The notes below the pieces were generated by a model that was not told the DNA's origin, did not search any database, and saw only the letters and a list, made by a program, of their open reading frames with translations. The translations under genes and the position numbers were made by a program. Shown here in pieces: positions 12,697 to 25,900 of a DNA stretch of 64,000 nt (the first letter of the stretch is position 1; the number at the start of each line of letters is the position of its first letter). The stretch spans positions 7,874,001 through 7,938,000 of the forward strand of contig NC_092349.1 of NCBI RefSeq assembly GCF_963676685.1, read 5' to 3'. The stretch comes from Mytilus edulis (Eukaryota).

Positions 12697-14491
12697 TAGT
12701 ATTAATAAATGGGTAATTTTATAATGGACTGCTTATATATCCAAGGTCTGTAATAACGGCCCAAGGATTGCTGTAATGGCCCGAGGCAACGCCGAGGGCC
12801 ATTACAGTAATCCGCGGGCCGTTATTACGGACCGAGGATATATAACCAGTCCATTATTAAATTACCCATTTCTTAATACTTTTATTAACCAGTTCTGAGG
12901 CAATAAAAATGGAATTGTATATTTTCTTAATTATTTACTGATAACAAAATTTTTCAACAAGGACAACAAATACAGATTGAATTAGGAACTTGTCTGATAA
13001 TTATTAAGACTCTTGAGAGCTGGAAAAGTCATCCCGTTTCCTCTTCCCAGAAAATATGAACTTTATTGTTTTTCAGGTGTCTCTCAATACTATTCTGGAA
13101 TCCTGTAAGCGTGTCTGGTTCATACTCCTGTCCCTCTTTGTTCCTTACACCTTTAAATAGAAACATAAAAAAAGTGAACATTAACCCCATTCAGCCTGTA
13201 TCCTCACTCTGTATGTACAAAATTTACATGAAATACAAAAAATATACATGTATCATACAAAAATCAATTGATATCAACAAGAAAACACAGATGTCTCACA
13301 CGGTAAATTGTGCTATGAAATTGTTAACTTGTATTGAATTTTCATTTTAATTTTCTTATTTTGAATGAGTGTACAAAATTCAATGAAGATCTGACTAGCT
13401 GTTTGCAAGGATTCAGCCTACATACAAGCGTAACTTCAGCTGAAATTCAAAAGTTAGTATAGGACGGACAGACTGATATTACAAAATATAAACAAGATGT
13501 CCTGAATGATATTGGACAGACTAAAAAATTCAGTATACATGTTCCTATCCGTAAGCCGTCACGAAGCTGGCTAAAGCATGTACAAATCTATTTTATCAAA
13601 AATCATTACCATAATAACATATTTTTAGGAGTCTTTAAGTTGAAGTAAAAAACTTTTAAACTAACCTAAGTAAAACCGGGCTAAAATAGCATCTAGTTCC
13701 TTAAACGGAATCATCTGCAGCTCTCTAAACTCTCCTACTTGCTGTGCCCAGGTGTAGAAAGTTTTAACATCTGATCTTGTTTTGTAGTCCGTGTTTTTAT
13801 TTACATTTTTCCTGAGAAATTCGTCTGTGTCCTCATTGGAAACTGATCTAAATCTACTGCTTCCTGTGTCACGCTGCTCGTGTGTTTCCGTCGGATCACC
13901 TTCGTCATTGTTGTTGTTGTCATTGTTCAAGCGGTTTACTTCGATTTCATGTAGCTCGACATTGTCATGGGATTGTTCCCCTTGCAGGACGGAGGTAAGA
14001 GCGTCGAACGTCTCCTTCTCTGCAAGCATTTCGTACCTCATTATGTCATGAGACAAAACATCAAGCATGTCTTCGCCATTCTAGGCGTATCTGTCCGATA
14101 TTTTTGCAGGAACAAGGCCTGCCATACTGTACTGTCGTCTGCGTCTATAGAGTTCCGGTTCTAAATATAGCACGCAAAATGTTGCTAAAAGAAGTTACGC
14201 AGTCCTGGACTTGTAGGTAATTCCACAGAAAAGTTGCACAGATCTTTTCAAAACATAAAATTGAAATCGAAGCGGACACTGATGTCAGCCATTTTTTTTT
14301 TGGTTTTTCAACATTATTGCACGTGCTCATAAAGGACTGGCAACAAATCAATAATGGACCGGATATGAGTCATAATGGACCGGGTAAAAGTCATAATGGA
14401 CCGGGGTGACTATTTTGGGTAAAATAATGTATTGACACCTATTATAATGATAGGACAGTTAAGCTTATAATTATACTAACTGGTTAATAAA
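12697..14491 (-). mobile_element. Inner Crypton-type (tyrosine recombinase) transposon, internally deleted
   Basis: 183-bp hairpin at 12698-12880 centred on ccgaggcaacgccgaggg. A 14-bp inverted repeat tttattaaccagtt (12881) pairs with aactggttaataaa (14478). The element contains Crypton N-terminal coding exons. Confidence 0.75.
13028..14068 (-). pseudogene. Crypton/DUF3504-family recombinase N-terminal part, 2 exons (14068-13666, 13150-13028); catalytic domain missing
   Basis: A phase-1 GT-AG intron at 13665-13151 joins NKNTDYKTRSDVKTFYTW...LDAILARFYLG to VRNKEGQEYEPDTLTGFQNSIERHLK. This is the typical core-binding region of Crypton/KCTD1/ZMYM-type proteins. Confidence 0.8.
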
Positions 14492-15137
14492 GGGTTGTAA
14501 AAGCGTTGACCGTGCGCACATTTTAAGTATGAAGCGCTTCCACGCTTCATACAAAATGTACTTCGGTCAACGCTTTTACACCCCAATAAATTTACAAAAA
14601 AGAGCATTCAATTCTCAATTAAATAAATAAAACGTACTTTGAATTAAAAAAAAACACACAACGAAAATTTAAAATGGCAAGCATTGAAGAAATGTTCTTT
14701 TTCTTCAAAAGGATATTTTTTCTTTGAGTTTTTAGTATTATCGATCCATTATATTGATAATAAAACAAAATCCCAATACCAGTGTAAATATGTCTTTGCA
14801 GCAAACCTAAACTCAACATTTGTCAACAATATTTGTAATTAAAATTTATTTTACTTAAAGTAATTATGATGATAACATAAGGTAAAATCAAACGACAATT
14901 TAAATCGTAAGAATTCTTAGCACAATGAATAATAAGCTTAACATAAAATGTCATGTTAAAAGAAAAATATATACATTATTGACGTGTGTTTCTACACAGT
15001 CTGTGTTGTAAAAAAAATAATTTCTTCGCCGAAATATTACTTATATCTGTTCTTATATATATATGATAATACATGACAAAATCCGTGTTGCATGCTGTAT
15101 CACCACGAGTAACCAGTATCCTGGTATCAGTCCCGAA

Positions 15138-15892
15138 TATGTAGAGCTCAAATCCATGGTGGGTTCAAAATATTTGGCGGATTCCGTATGTGTGGCAAAT
15201 ATGACGTTACAAACGTCAAACAAATCAAATCTATGGCTGACTTTTGTTTTTTTTCAAATCTATGGCAGATTCAAGTGAATAACGCAATATGACATCGTCG
15301 CCGCCACAAACGATTGCGGAGCTCATATAGATTTGAACACTATTTAAGATGAAAGTAATTCCCTCGACAAAAATTTAAACCCGCGATGAACAAAAAAGAT
15401 GTATTGAGGATGAAATAAATAGTATTTGAAAATTCAAACTGTTCATTTTTTTTTTTTTTTTATTTATTTTATATTAAAAAAAATGCCTACATAATTTTTT
15501 TTAATTTTATGGGGCACATCATTTCAATCCTGAAGTCTGTATTGAGGTAAATGAACATTTACCAAAAAAATGTTTACCATCACGATTTGGTTGACCATTA
15601 TCATGATTATGGAATGTTTATTTGACAAATGTTTATATACATGTCGTACATTTACACTTGTTTGAGGCAAGTCATTGGTCTTATATGTGCTGAATGGTTT
15701 TGCAATTGCACACAATTTGCCATATATTTGAAATCGACAAAAATCCCCCATAGATTAGGAAATTACAAAAAATGACCAGATTAGGATTTTACCGAATCTG
15801 TCATAGATTTGGGACGGCATGACGCCACATTTGCCATAGATAAGGAATCTGCCATAGATTTGGAACCTACCATAGATTTAAGTCCTACATAC
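15138..15892. mobile_element. Old MITE with degenerate TIRs
   Basis: Left tatgtagagctcaaatccatggtgggttc matches the reverse of the right end, tatgtaggacttaaatctatggtaggttc. Subterminal aaatctatggc motifs are repeated in opposite orientations. Confidence 0.6.
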
Positions 15893-17619
15893 ATGCATAA
15901 GATTTATGATAAATATTAAACTAGACTTAGTACAACTAGCATAAGACGATACATTGCATGATACTTCACAACGAACGGTCACACTATATAGCTTCAACCA
16001 ACAAATGTGTTTTATTTATCAATATCAATTTAGTTTTAGTTTGTAACCCGGATTTGTTTTTTCTCTCAATCGATTTATGAATTTTGAACAGCGGTATACT
16101 ACTGTTGCCTTAATTTATTAGGATACAATGGATTTAATTTCACATAATGTTTTTTATATAATCTTCAAGGGGGAAGAACTCTATAATATTATCATCACCA
16201 CATGACTTCGAGTTTGAAAGACTGTTTTTGGTAAGTATGCACATTCAAATTGAAATTCGTCGTTTCTGACAGAGTGAATAAGGCGGCAGAATTATATTTT
16301 AGAAAAATCACACCAGTTTTTCATCAAAATATGTCAGTTAAAAAACCATAAATCCAGGTTAAATTAACAAATTAATGTAGAAATAAAATAAAGTAAATTG
16401 TCGGCTTGTCGTATTGATCCTAGATAATGACAGATAGGTCACTCACCTAAATATAAAAGACACGTACAACATATGTTTTATTTTTAGATTAAATATCTAT
16501 TTTTAAATAGAGTATTTCCAGTTTTCCGTACGGCATATGACTATATCATGTATATGGATAACACTAAACACAGTTCAAAATCTGTACACAAGAGTAGACA
16601 AAATCTGCCATACACGATAAACCTCCATAATGATTGCATTTGCCGATAATACGGATTAATAGATACTTTTTGAAATCAATTACTATAAAAGAGGGTCTGG
16701 TTGGAGTTTACAAATCAAAGAATAGTGGGTAAAATATGCAGAATGAATGGCAAAAAAAAAGAAAAAAAAAGAAATAAAATACGTCTAAAAACGAAAAAAA
16801 AATAGAGATTAACGGAGTCTTAAATTATAAAGAACAGAGAATAATGGACAAAAACAATTAAAATTAAATACAGAATATAGAAAAATTACCTAGAAATCAA
16901 AAAATACTAAAATGAAGAAAGTTATGACACCCATTGTGACAACCATACAATAAAAAGTTAATGTTGTCTTCATTGATAAGATTTCAACAGAATTTAGTAA
17001 TCCCTACTGGATTTGAACGTTTAACTTTACATCATTTGGCCTCTGGTGAATATAAATTTGTCTCATTGGTTATCAAACACAATCGTTTTATTTTACAATG
17101 ACAAAAAACCAAGATGGGGGTGCAACGTCTTTTATCACACAATACCAGGGAATATGCAATCTCATTGTTATCATTTCAAAAAAGAATAACTTCAGAGATT
17201 AATTAAACTCACCAAAAAACATTAGTGAAGCATATTAGTAGTACAAAAAGGAAGAACTAAGTATGTCTTGTATCTTCAATATATCTACACTACCGAGTTA
17301 AAACGGATAATTCAAATTTTTAATTCGAATCTAGCACTGTGAATGATATACTAAATAAAGGCAACAGTAGTATACGGCTGTTCGAAAATCGACCGAGAAA
17401 AAAACAATCCGGGTTATAAACTTAAATTAGACTGAGAGAAACACGTAAAATATAAGAGGAGAACAACGACACAACAGAAACACTAAAATGCAACACACAC
17501 AGAAACGAACTTTAAGATAACAATAGCTATTCACAGTTCATTAGTTCGAAATACTTATAAGAACTATAAGACGTGCAGAAGAAGTTGTGTTATATTTGTA
17601 TTTGTATTTTTTTACAACA

Positions 17620-19570
17620 GGGTCGTTAATATAGAGAAACATGGCTGCTCCACCAGTGGGTCGATACAAAATAGGTACGTAAATGTAGGTCATTTTCGAG
17701 AAACATGGCCGCTCAACCAGTAGGTCTATATAAAAAAGGCCGGTTAATGTAGGTCGTTATAGAGAAACATGGCTGCTCCACGAGTAGGTTGAAATAAAAC
17801 AGGTCAGTAAAAGTGGGTCAATATAGACAAACATGGCCGTTCCGTCAGTAGGTCGATAAAAAATAGGTATGTAAATGTTAAACGTAATATGGAAACATGG
17901 ACGATCCATCAGTAGGTTTATATGCAATTGGTACGAAAATGTAGGTCGTTATAGAGAAACATGCCGCTCCATCAGAAGGTCGATATGAAATAGGTACGTA
18001 TATTTAAGTCGTTATAGAGAAACATTGCCGCTCCGCCAGTAGTTCGATATAGAAAAAAGTACATAAATGTAGATCCTTTTTGAGAAACATGACCGTTCAA
18101 CAAGTAGGTCGATATAAAATAGGCACGTAATATATACAGGTCGTTATAGAGTAACATGGCCTCCCTACCTGTACTTATTGTTCGATATAAAACAGAAGTA
18201 ATTGTTGGTCGTTATACAGAAACATGGCCGGTCAACAAGTAGGTCGATAAGAAAACGGTAAGTAAATGAAGGTTGCTATAGAGAAACATGTTTGCACCAC
18301 CAAAAGGTCCATATAAAATAGGTACGTCAATGTTTGTTGATTTACAAAACAAAACATGGCCACTCAACCAGTTGGTCGAAACAAAATAAGTACGTAAATG
18401 TAGATCGTTATAGAGAACCATTGCCAAAAATGTAGATCTTTCAAGAAAAAACATGACCGCTTAACCAGTGGCTCGATACACAATAGATACGCTAATGTAG
18501 CTCTGTATAGAGAAACATAGCCGCTCTGCCAGTAGCACAATATTAATTGGTAAATAAATTTAGGCCGTTATTAAGAAACATGGCCGCTCGACATAAAATA
18601 GGTACATAAATATAGGTGGTTATAAAGAAACAAGGCCGCTTTACCAGTAGCACGATATAGAATAGGTTCGTAAATGTAGGTCGTTATAGAGAAACATGGT
18701 CGCTCTACCAGTAGGACGATATAAAATAGGTACGTAATATGGGTCGTTATAGAGAAACATGGCATAAAATGTAGGTCGTTAAAGAGAAATATGACCGCTC
18801 TACCAGTGGGTCAATATAAAATAGGTTCGTAAATGTGGGTCGTTATAGAGAAACATGGCCGCTCTACCAGTAGGATGATACACATTTGGTACCTAAATGT
18901 AGGTTGACTTATAGAAAAACATGGCCACTCTACCAGTTGGTCGATACAAAATAGAACCGTATATGTTGGTCGTTCTAGAGAAACATGGCCAAAAATGTAT
19001 ATCGTGAAAGAGAAACATGACCGCTCCACCAGTAGGACGATACAAAACAGGTACGAAATGTAGGTCTTTATAGAGAAACATGGCTGCTCTGCCAGTACCA
19101 CGATATAGAATAGGTTCGTAAATGTAGGTCGTTGTAGAGAAGCGTGGCCGTTCTTACAGTAGAATTATACAAATTTACTACGTAAATGTAGGTTGATTTA
19201 TAGAAAAACATGGCCACTCCACCAATAGGTCGATATAAAATAGGCACGTAAATGTAGGTCGTTATAGAGAAAAATGGCCTAAAATATAGGTCGCTAAAGA
19301 GAAACATGACCGCTCCACCAGTGGATCGATACAAAAAAAGGAACGAAAATGTGGGTCGTTATATAGAAACGTGGCCGTTCTAACAGTAGGATTATACAAA
19401 TTTTCTACGTAATTGTAAGTTGATTTATAGAAAAAAAAATGGCCACTTCACCAGTAGGTCGATATAAAATTGGTACGTAAATGTAGTCGGTATAGAGAAA
19501 CATGACCGATCCATCAGTATGTCGATATACAATTGGAACGTAAATATATGTTGTTACAGAGTAACATGAC
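17620..19570. repeat. 64-bp satellite (~30 degenerate copies)
   Basis: gagaaacatgg recurs at 17634, 17698, 17762 and onward. The consensus is about gtaggtcgttatagagaaacatggccgctccaccagtaggtcgatataaaataggtacgtaaat. Confidence 0.95.
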
Positions 19571-19971
19571 ATTAACGAATAATAGTTTTACTGTATTAAT
19601 AAACAGTAAGTTAATTACGTCAAGAAGACAGGCTTGGAAAAAAATTTCCTAAACTCTTATTAGTATTGACTTCTCATGTTCTCTGTTCTTATTTTCATAT
19701 TTTGATTGCAATTGCCCATTTCAACAACTGAGACTGTGGAACTGAATGTAGATCTTTTTCTTTTTCCGATGTTTGCCGATTGGGTTTTTAAAAGCACGTC
19801 GTGTACCCACGGAAATCTGTATCACACGATTTATATATGCCAAGGCCAATATAAATGGCTTTTAATTGAGTTACTCTTTGAAGATCGTTTTGTTATATAT
19901 TAAATATTGTATTGATCGAAATTATGTAAAGATATATTCAAATAAAAGAAAATTATTACGTTATTACTCAG

Positions 19972-22900
19972 GACCAATAACAGAGAAAGACACATTGATT
20001 GAGTTTGCAATAACACCAAGAAATACAGTAAAGTCCCTTCAAGTAGGAGATGCTATTCAACATTTAGCACCAGGATCAGAAGATAGCAGCTTCCTACCTG
20101 ACATCCGGGAAATACTGCCTCTTATACAGGACATGCCGGTTTATGATGACGATGTATTTATAATTGCACATGCTAAAACAGGTAAGTTATAACTTATACA
20201 AAAAATATGTATCATGCGTTCTATTTATGACGTAAAATTTAACATATTTGTTGTTTTACTATTTGCAGTGAAAATAGATCAATTTTCAAAGTTGGGTTTT
20301 TTTTTTTGGAATGTTATATGAATATAAATGAATCATTAAAATACACATAACCAAAGGAAATAATAAAGAAGTCAAAAAATTAAAATGCAACCAAGTTTCA
20401 ATCAAAAACAAACAACTGTTGGTATCCACTTGTATCAATGCTATAGTTGTTGATTCTCATAAGTAGTTTATGCCGGTGAAGAATAAAAACAAGCCTTTAT
20501 TAGATTAATGTCTGCATGCGAAAATAGTTGCGCACGCTAGAATAATGTATTGTATTTTGAACGGCGGCGTCGGTTATAACGTTATTAATTAGATAGTCAG
20601 CAATATAGTTACTCCGTATAGTCAGCTATTAAAGGACCCGACATGACAACGTTTGAAACAATTCAAATTCGAAAACAACGAACATGATATCTGACAAAAT
20701 AATAAACGAAAACCAAATATGATAACTAGCAACCCACGACAACCATCTGTGCATTGCCATAATAGTCAGGGTCAAGGAGCCATTTGACCTGGTTGGTTAA
20801 TCAGGGTAAAAATACAAACTTGTACAAAATGTTGTATCTGCATAATAGTAGATCAAGATAAAAGGTATTGGTAGTATATGCGGTTTCGATATTCCGTTGT
20901 TTTTTTATATATACTTCTTGGAGTATTTAGTGCTTCTTTTGTGACTGTTTTGGATGTTATCTTAAGTATATTATAATTATTACATACATTTTCGGGTAGA
21001 TTATCAGAACGATAAGCATAGATTGCATTGGACCTTCCAAGCAGACAAGTATTTTTTAACATTTCGAATACAAATATCAGCTTTAATCTCATGAATATAA
21101 TGTTTAGACCCATGTGATTTGTTTGCATTGTCAACTTTTAACTTGTATTGATTTGTCTAAATCTGACACGTTAAATATGGGATTTTATTCCACTCTGTAA
21201 AAACATTACATATCCCGTTTGGTCATATATATATACACCTCGTAATAAAGATAGAAAACGCAGATACAAAATGAATTTGAAACATTGTATTCATTGTATG
21301 TTGTCAATTTTGTTTACGCATATTTGTAAATATAATGGAATTTGATGCGACTGTCATACAAGTGAGAGGTTTAGTGCTATAAAACCAGGTTCAATCTACC
21401 ATTTTCTATATTTGAAAATGCCTGGAGTATGACAGTTGTTGAACATTCGTTTGATGTGTTTTATCATTTGATTTTGCCATTTGATTAGGGACTCTCCGTT
21501 TTGAATTTTCCTCGGAGTTTAGTATTTTTGTGATTTTACTTTTTTCATACTCTATTCAGGAACTCATTGGACATGGGAGATTGTTAACATGCTCATGAAA
21601 GGTTCAACAGACTACGAAAAGATGTCGAAAGCAAGAAGACAGCTCGAATTTCACTACCCTGATGAATTCCAAAACATGCCGAGACCTCGTGTCTTCAATT
21701 CGCATCTACTTTTACATCATATTCCTAAGCAAGCTATTGAAAAGAAGTGTAAAGTGATTATGGTTCAGAGAAATCCAAAAGATACAGTTGTGTCTTTGTT
21801 TTACCACATGAAGGCTTCCGGGTCGTTTGATGCTGAAACTACATTTAGTGAATTCCTGTCGTCATGGTTGAAGCTAGGTGAGAATTTTATAATTAACAAT
21901 GTGCTACATCTTTTAATTGATTGATTGTGTCTTTTTTCAAATCGTTACATTTTGACTGAGTTTGGATTCACATTACAATTGATGCAAGCGTATTAGAAGA
22001 TGGATCCTAGGTTCATATATATATTGAAGTGGATTACACAGTGTATATCGGAAATTGGCTTACTAGGTTAAGATAAACTACTGTTAAAATTGAGAATGAA
22101 AATTGAATGTGTCAAAGAGACAACAACCCGACCAATGACCATCAGCAAATATCCTTAATTTAAAAATGATCGTCAGCAAATATCCTTAATTAAAAAAATA
22201 CGAAGCATGATTGTCGGCTTTTCGAACTTTCCCAAAATTCGGAATTTAACAATTGATTGCCGGGTTCTTTCGAAATTGCCTTGATTTATGAGATCATAGA
22301 CATAATATACACAAGTTATTGGGTGTTTTGTAAAAACAAAAGTTCACCCCCAATATGAATATGTGTGCTGAGCAAACAAGGAAATATCGAGGCATTTCTA
22401 TTGCTTGAAACATATGTTTAACGGCTTGACAAATCATGATACCGCGTCGGTGCTACAAGGCCTATTTCATGTTTTTGACAGTATATTAATTGAATGAATA
22501 TTTGACGCAATGATACTGAAAACTATACTCAGACCACTTGGCTACTACCAGGGCCCAGAAATTTTTAGAGAACAATCGACAAAAATTCTGTGTCATGTGT
22601 TTTGTTAATATGTCGTATTTGTCAATGTTCATTGTCTTATAAGCCTTAAATTTTCTCATCAACAGTAAAAAAATGTGGTACGACACTATGTCAACTTTTC
22701 ACTTTTAACAAAGTTACTTTTCTTCAAAACAGAAAATATTCCATGAACATTTATACCGACTCAAAAAGGGAATACTCAGCTCAATTTATACAATTTCTAA
22801 TGATTTAGCGAGATAGGAGACATTACAGAATCTAATTATTGATTATATCTTATCTCCAAAACAGATTTTAACGGGGTACCACGACGGGTGCAATTATTGG

Positions 22901-25900
22901 AGTCGGAACTGACCTACTCATTTTGGTGCACCTAAGCATAACTTTATGTTTGTGGCAAGACACATGCTGTTGAATTTTGATTTTTATCCCCTACCTAGGG
23001 GCATTATGTTTTTTGGTCTGTGCGTCCATTCGTTTGTCCGTCCGTCCGTCTGTTCGTCTGTCTGTCCCGCCTCAGGTTAATGTTTTGGTCAAGGTAGTTT
23101 TAGATGAAGTTGGAGTCTAGTTAACTTGAAACTTAGTACACACATGTTCCCTATGATATGATCTATCTAATATTAATGCCAGATTAGAGTTTTGACCCAA
23201 AATTTTACGTTCCGCTGAAAATAGAAATATTATTGCGAGTGGGGTATCCTTATTCTATGAACACATTCTTGTTCCTTGTAGTGTTTTGTGGACGATTGTC
23301 TGCGTTAGAATGTCCCGTCTCCGTATTTTTTCAATTTTTGATTTATTATTGGCCCTTGGTATCTTTTGACTTTCAATGCAATACTCATGCTTGTTTTTAA
23401 ATAAATGTACTTATAATTAGCCTTTTTATTATTTTTTTCAGAAACAGACACAAACCACAACTGGTTTTATTATACCAAGAAACTGCAAAAAATGTTATAT
23501 GACCAGACCGATTTACCCATACACAACGTTTACTACGAAGATACGAAATCTGTAAGGCATTTTGAATACACCATTTTTACAGGTTTTAGTAGTTGATGTA
23601 AAAATACAAAACTCAACAAGTATTGGGAATTCTTTCGGTAATGCATTGTATTGTTCTGTTATTCATGTTTATTGGCTGAGCGTGAGTTGTTCTATCTCTG
23701 AATGTTTACTGAGGCATATCATTTTACACTATAGGATTAATTTGAATCTATAACAATATCTTGGTATCATTTAAATGAATGTTTTGTGTTTATTATTTAA
23801 TTTAAGGATGAAAACAATATTTTCTACGTCGAGTTATCACAGCCATCTTGTTTACATTGGTTACGTTCGTTGTAAATCGAAAAGAAAAATTAAAGAGACA
23901 CTGTACCGAAAGCCCTCTCGACCGTTTTGTAATCTTGCGATGCAAACATTATGGCAGAAAGATTGTTTAACCTAACATGACTGCCATGTATATTGTTAAG
24001 TGAACGTTCCTGAAGTTAAATATTTAAAACACAAAAAAACAAAAAAGGGTTATAGATTCAATGTGAGGTATCATCTATAAGACCTGAAAACATTTGAAAA
24101 GTTTGCCATGATGACGAAATCAATTCGAAATAATTAATGCTCCCAAATACCGACTTTCGATCACTTGCATATGATATGTTCAAGTATGTGTATAAATAGT
24201 GTGTATGTGTATATACACATTCTTCTTTTATAAAGAACCCAGTTGATGAGGTGAAGAAAATCGTGGAGTATTTAGATATTAACAGAGCTGACGACTTTAT
24301 ACATCAAGTTGTGGATAAATGTTGCTTTGATAATCTGAAGAAAGCTGATGACACCAAAGTAGCTGCTCTTGAAGGAGTTCCGAAGCAAGCATTTTCATTT
24401 ATGTATAGAAAAGGTAAAGTTATTGACAGTAAATACAAAATGTACAGATTGTTTGAATGGGTCGGGTGAAGGAAGATAAATCTTTAACTCAGTGACGCGT
24501 TTTAGTAGTAAGGTTCCCTCAATGCTTCTTAAGCACTGGTGTAACATGAAAGTGATATAAGCTTTGTTTCTTTATGAGGTAGACATGTGAAAAGGGGTAG
24601 TATTATTTAAAATCACGATTTCTAGACATGTCTCTTTTAGAATTTGCTTAATATTCTTGTCAAACCTTTTGTCGGTTTATCTTAGACAAAAGGAGTTTTA
24701 TTGTCCCTTTTGTGTCTTCTGCAAAATTTCATTTACACATGGTTATGTAAGGAAAACTGATCCGCTCGCCTGAAAACCGAAAGAATACCACACATCTTCC
24801 TTTTTTTCAAATATACTTTAATACATGTTACACTTATAATTTAGTAGTGTGCCATTAGACCATGCTTTAATTTGATAGCTCTGAATAAAAACAAGTAAAA
24901 TAAAACAAAAAGGAACAAAAAGCATGATATCCTGTAATTATCGCTAGTTTACGAAATTTTCCTTTGATCTTACTGACTGATAATTTCCTTTCTCAGCACA
25001 GTGGATATGAAAAATATTCGCCTAGATACTATGTGAGCACATGCCCAATGTCAATTAAATTAACAACTTCGTCATAGGTAAAATTTCGATAAACAGATTA
25101 TAATTGGCGGTACCGGCTAAAAAGAGAAAATCAATCTCATTGAGATGATCAACGATCATTATCAATAAATATACATTACGCATATTGGACAAAACCTGTT
25201 ATCTCATGTATTTAATTAAAAAGTTGTTTTTTTATCATCAATCTTACTCAATCATGATTATGCATTGTTCGTGTTGTTTTTTAAAAGACTGATGTTTGGT
25301 CGTCTTCTTTTGTTTTTCATGGTTGTATGTTTTTATTTCTGGCTGCCTTTTCCTGCATGCTCCTTTATTTTTTCACCTGTTATTAACAGATAAAATAACT
25401 TTTATAATTGTATATACTGTATGCTCATTGTTTTAGATAAAACATGGATTTCTTTAAACCCCATTTCTTTAAAATGCATTTTATACGTATCTAACATTTC
25501 AATTTCATACTAAATCAGTTTAAGCAATGAACACAAACATGTTTAGTATACAGCTTTTTTACAGAAACTATGCTTTACACTGGGTTGCGTTCAATATCGT
25601 AGCGGCTACACAGGGCTACGTAGATTTTTGACTACTGAACGTGAACGGTTTCACCTAGCTGTTATCTAGATCTATTTAGTAGTTAGGCCAGCTACACGTT
25701 CAGTAGTCAAAAGACTACGTAGCCCTATGTAGATCTATGTAGCTGCTACGATATTGAATGCAACCCTGTTCCCTTAAATCGTGTTTGCACAATGTGACAA
25801 TAATTAAAATCATCATTATATCCCGATATGATAACTCGTTTTTAGTCTTTAAAGCCACTTTAACCACTCTTGGTTATATGGTGGCTGTCAGATTTTATTT

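Larger units (their letters stand above)
12455..14618. mobile_element. Outer non-autonomous Crypton-like element (short asymmetric inverted repeat plus long terminal hairpin), interrupted
   Basis: taattacatt (12455) pairs with aatgtaatta (12651). The hairpin arm 12661-12696 continues at 14492-14618 (gtaaaagcgttgaccg...cggtcaacgcttttac; attgaatgct/agcattcaat). Confidence 0.6.

Noticed and set aside
17620-19570. CRISPR-like regular repeat array and its short minus-strand ORFs
   Set aside because: The units are wholly repeated with no unique spacers, there are no cas genes, and the context is eukaryotic. The ORFs are satellite translations.
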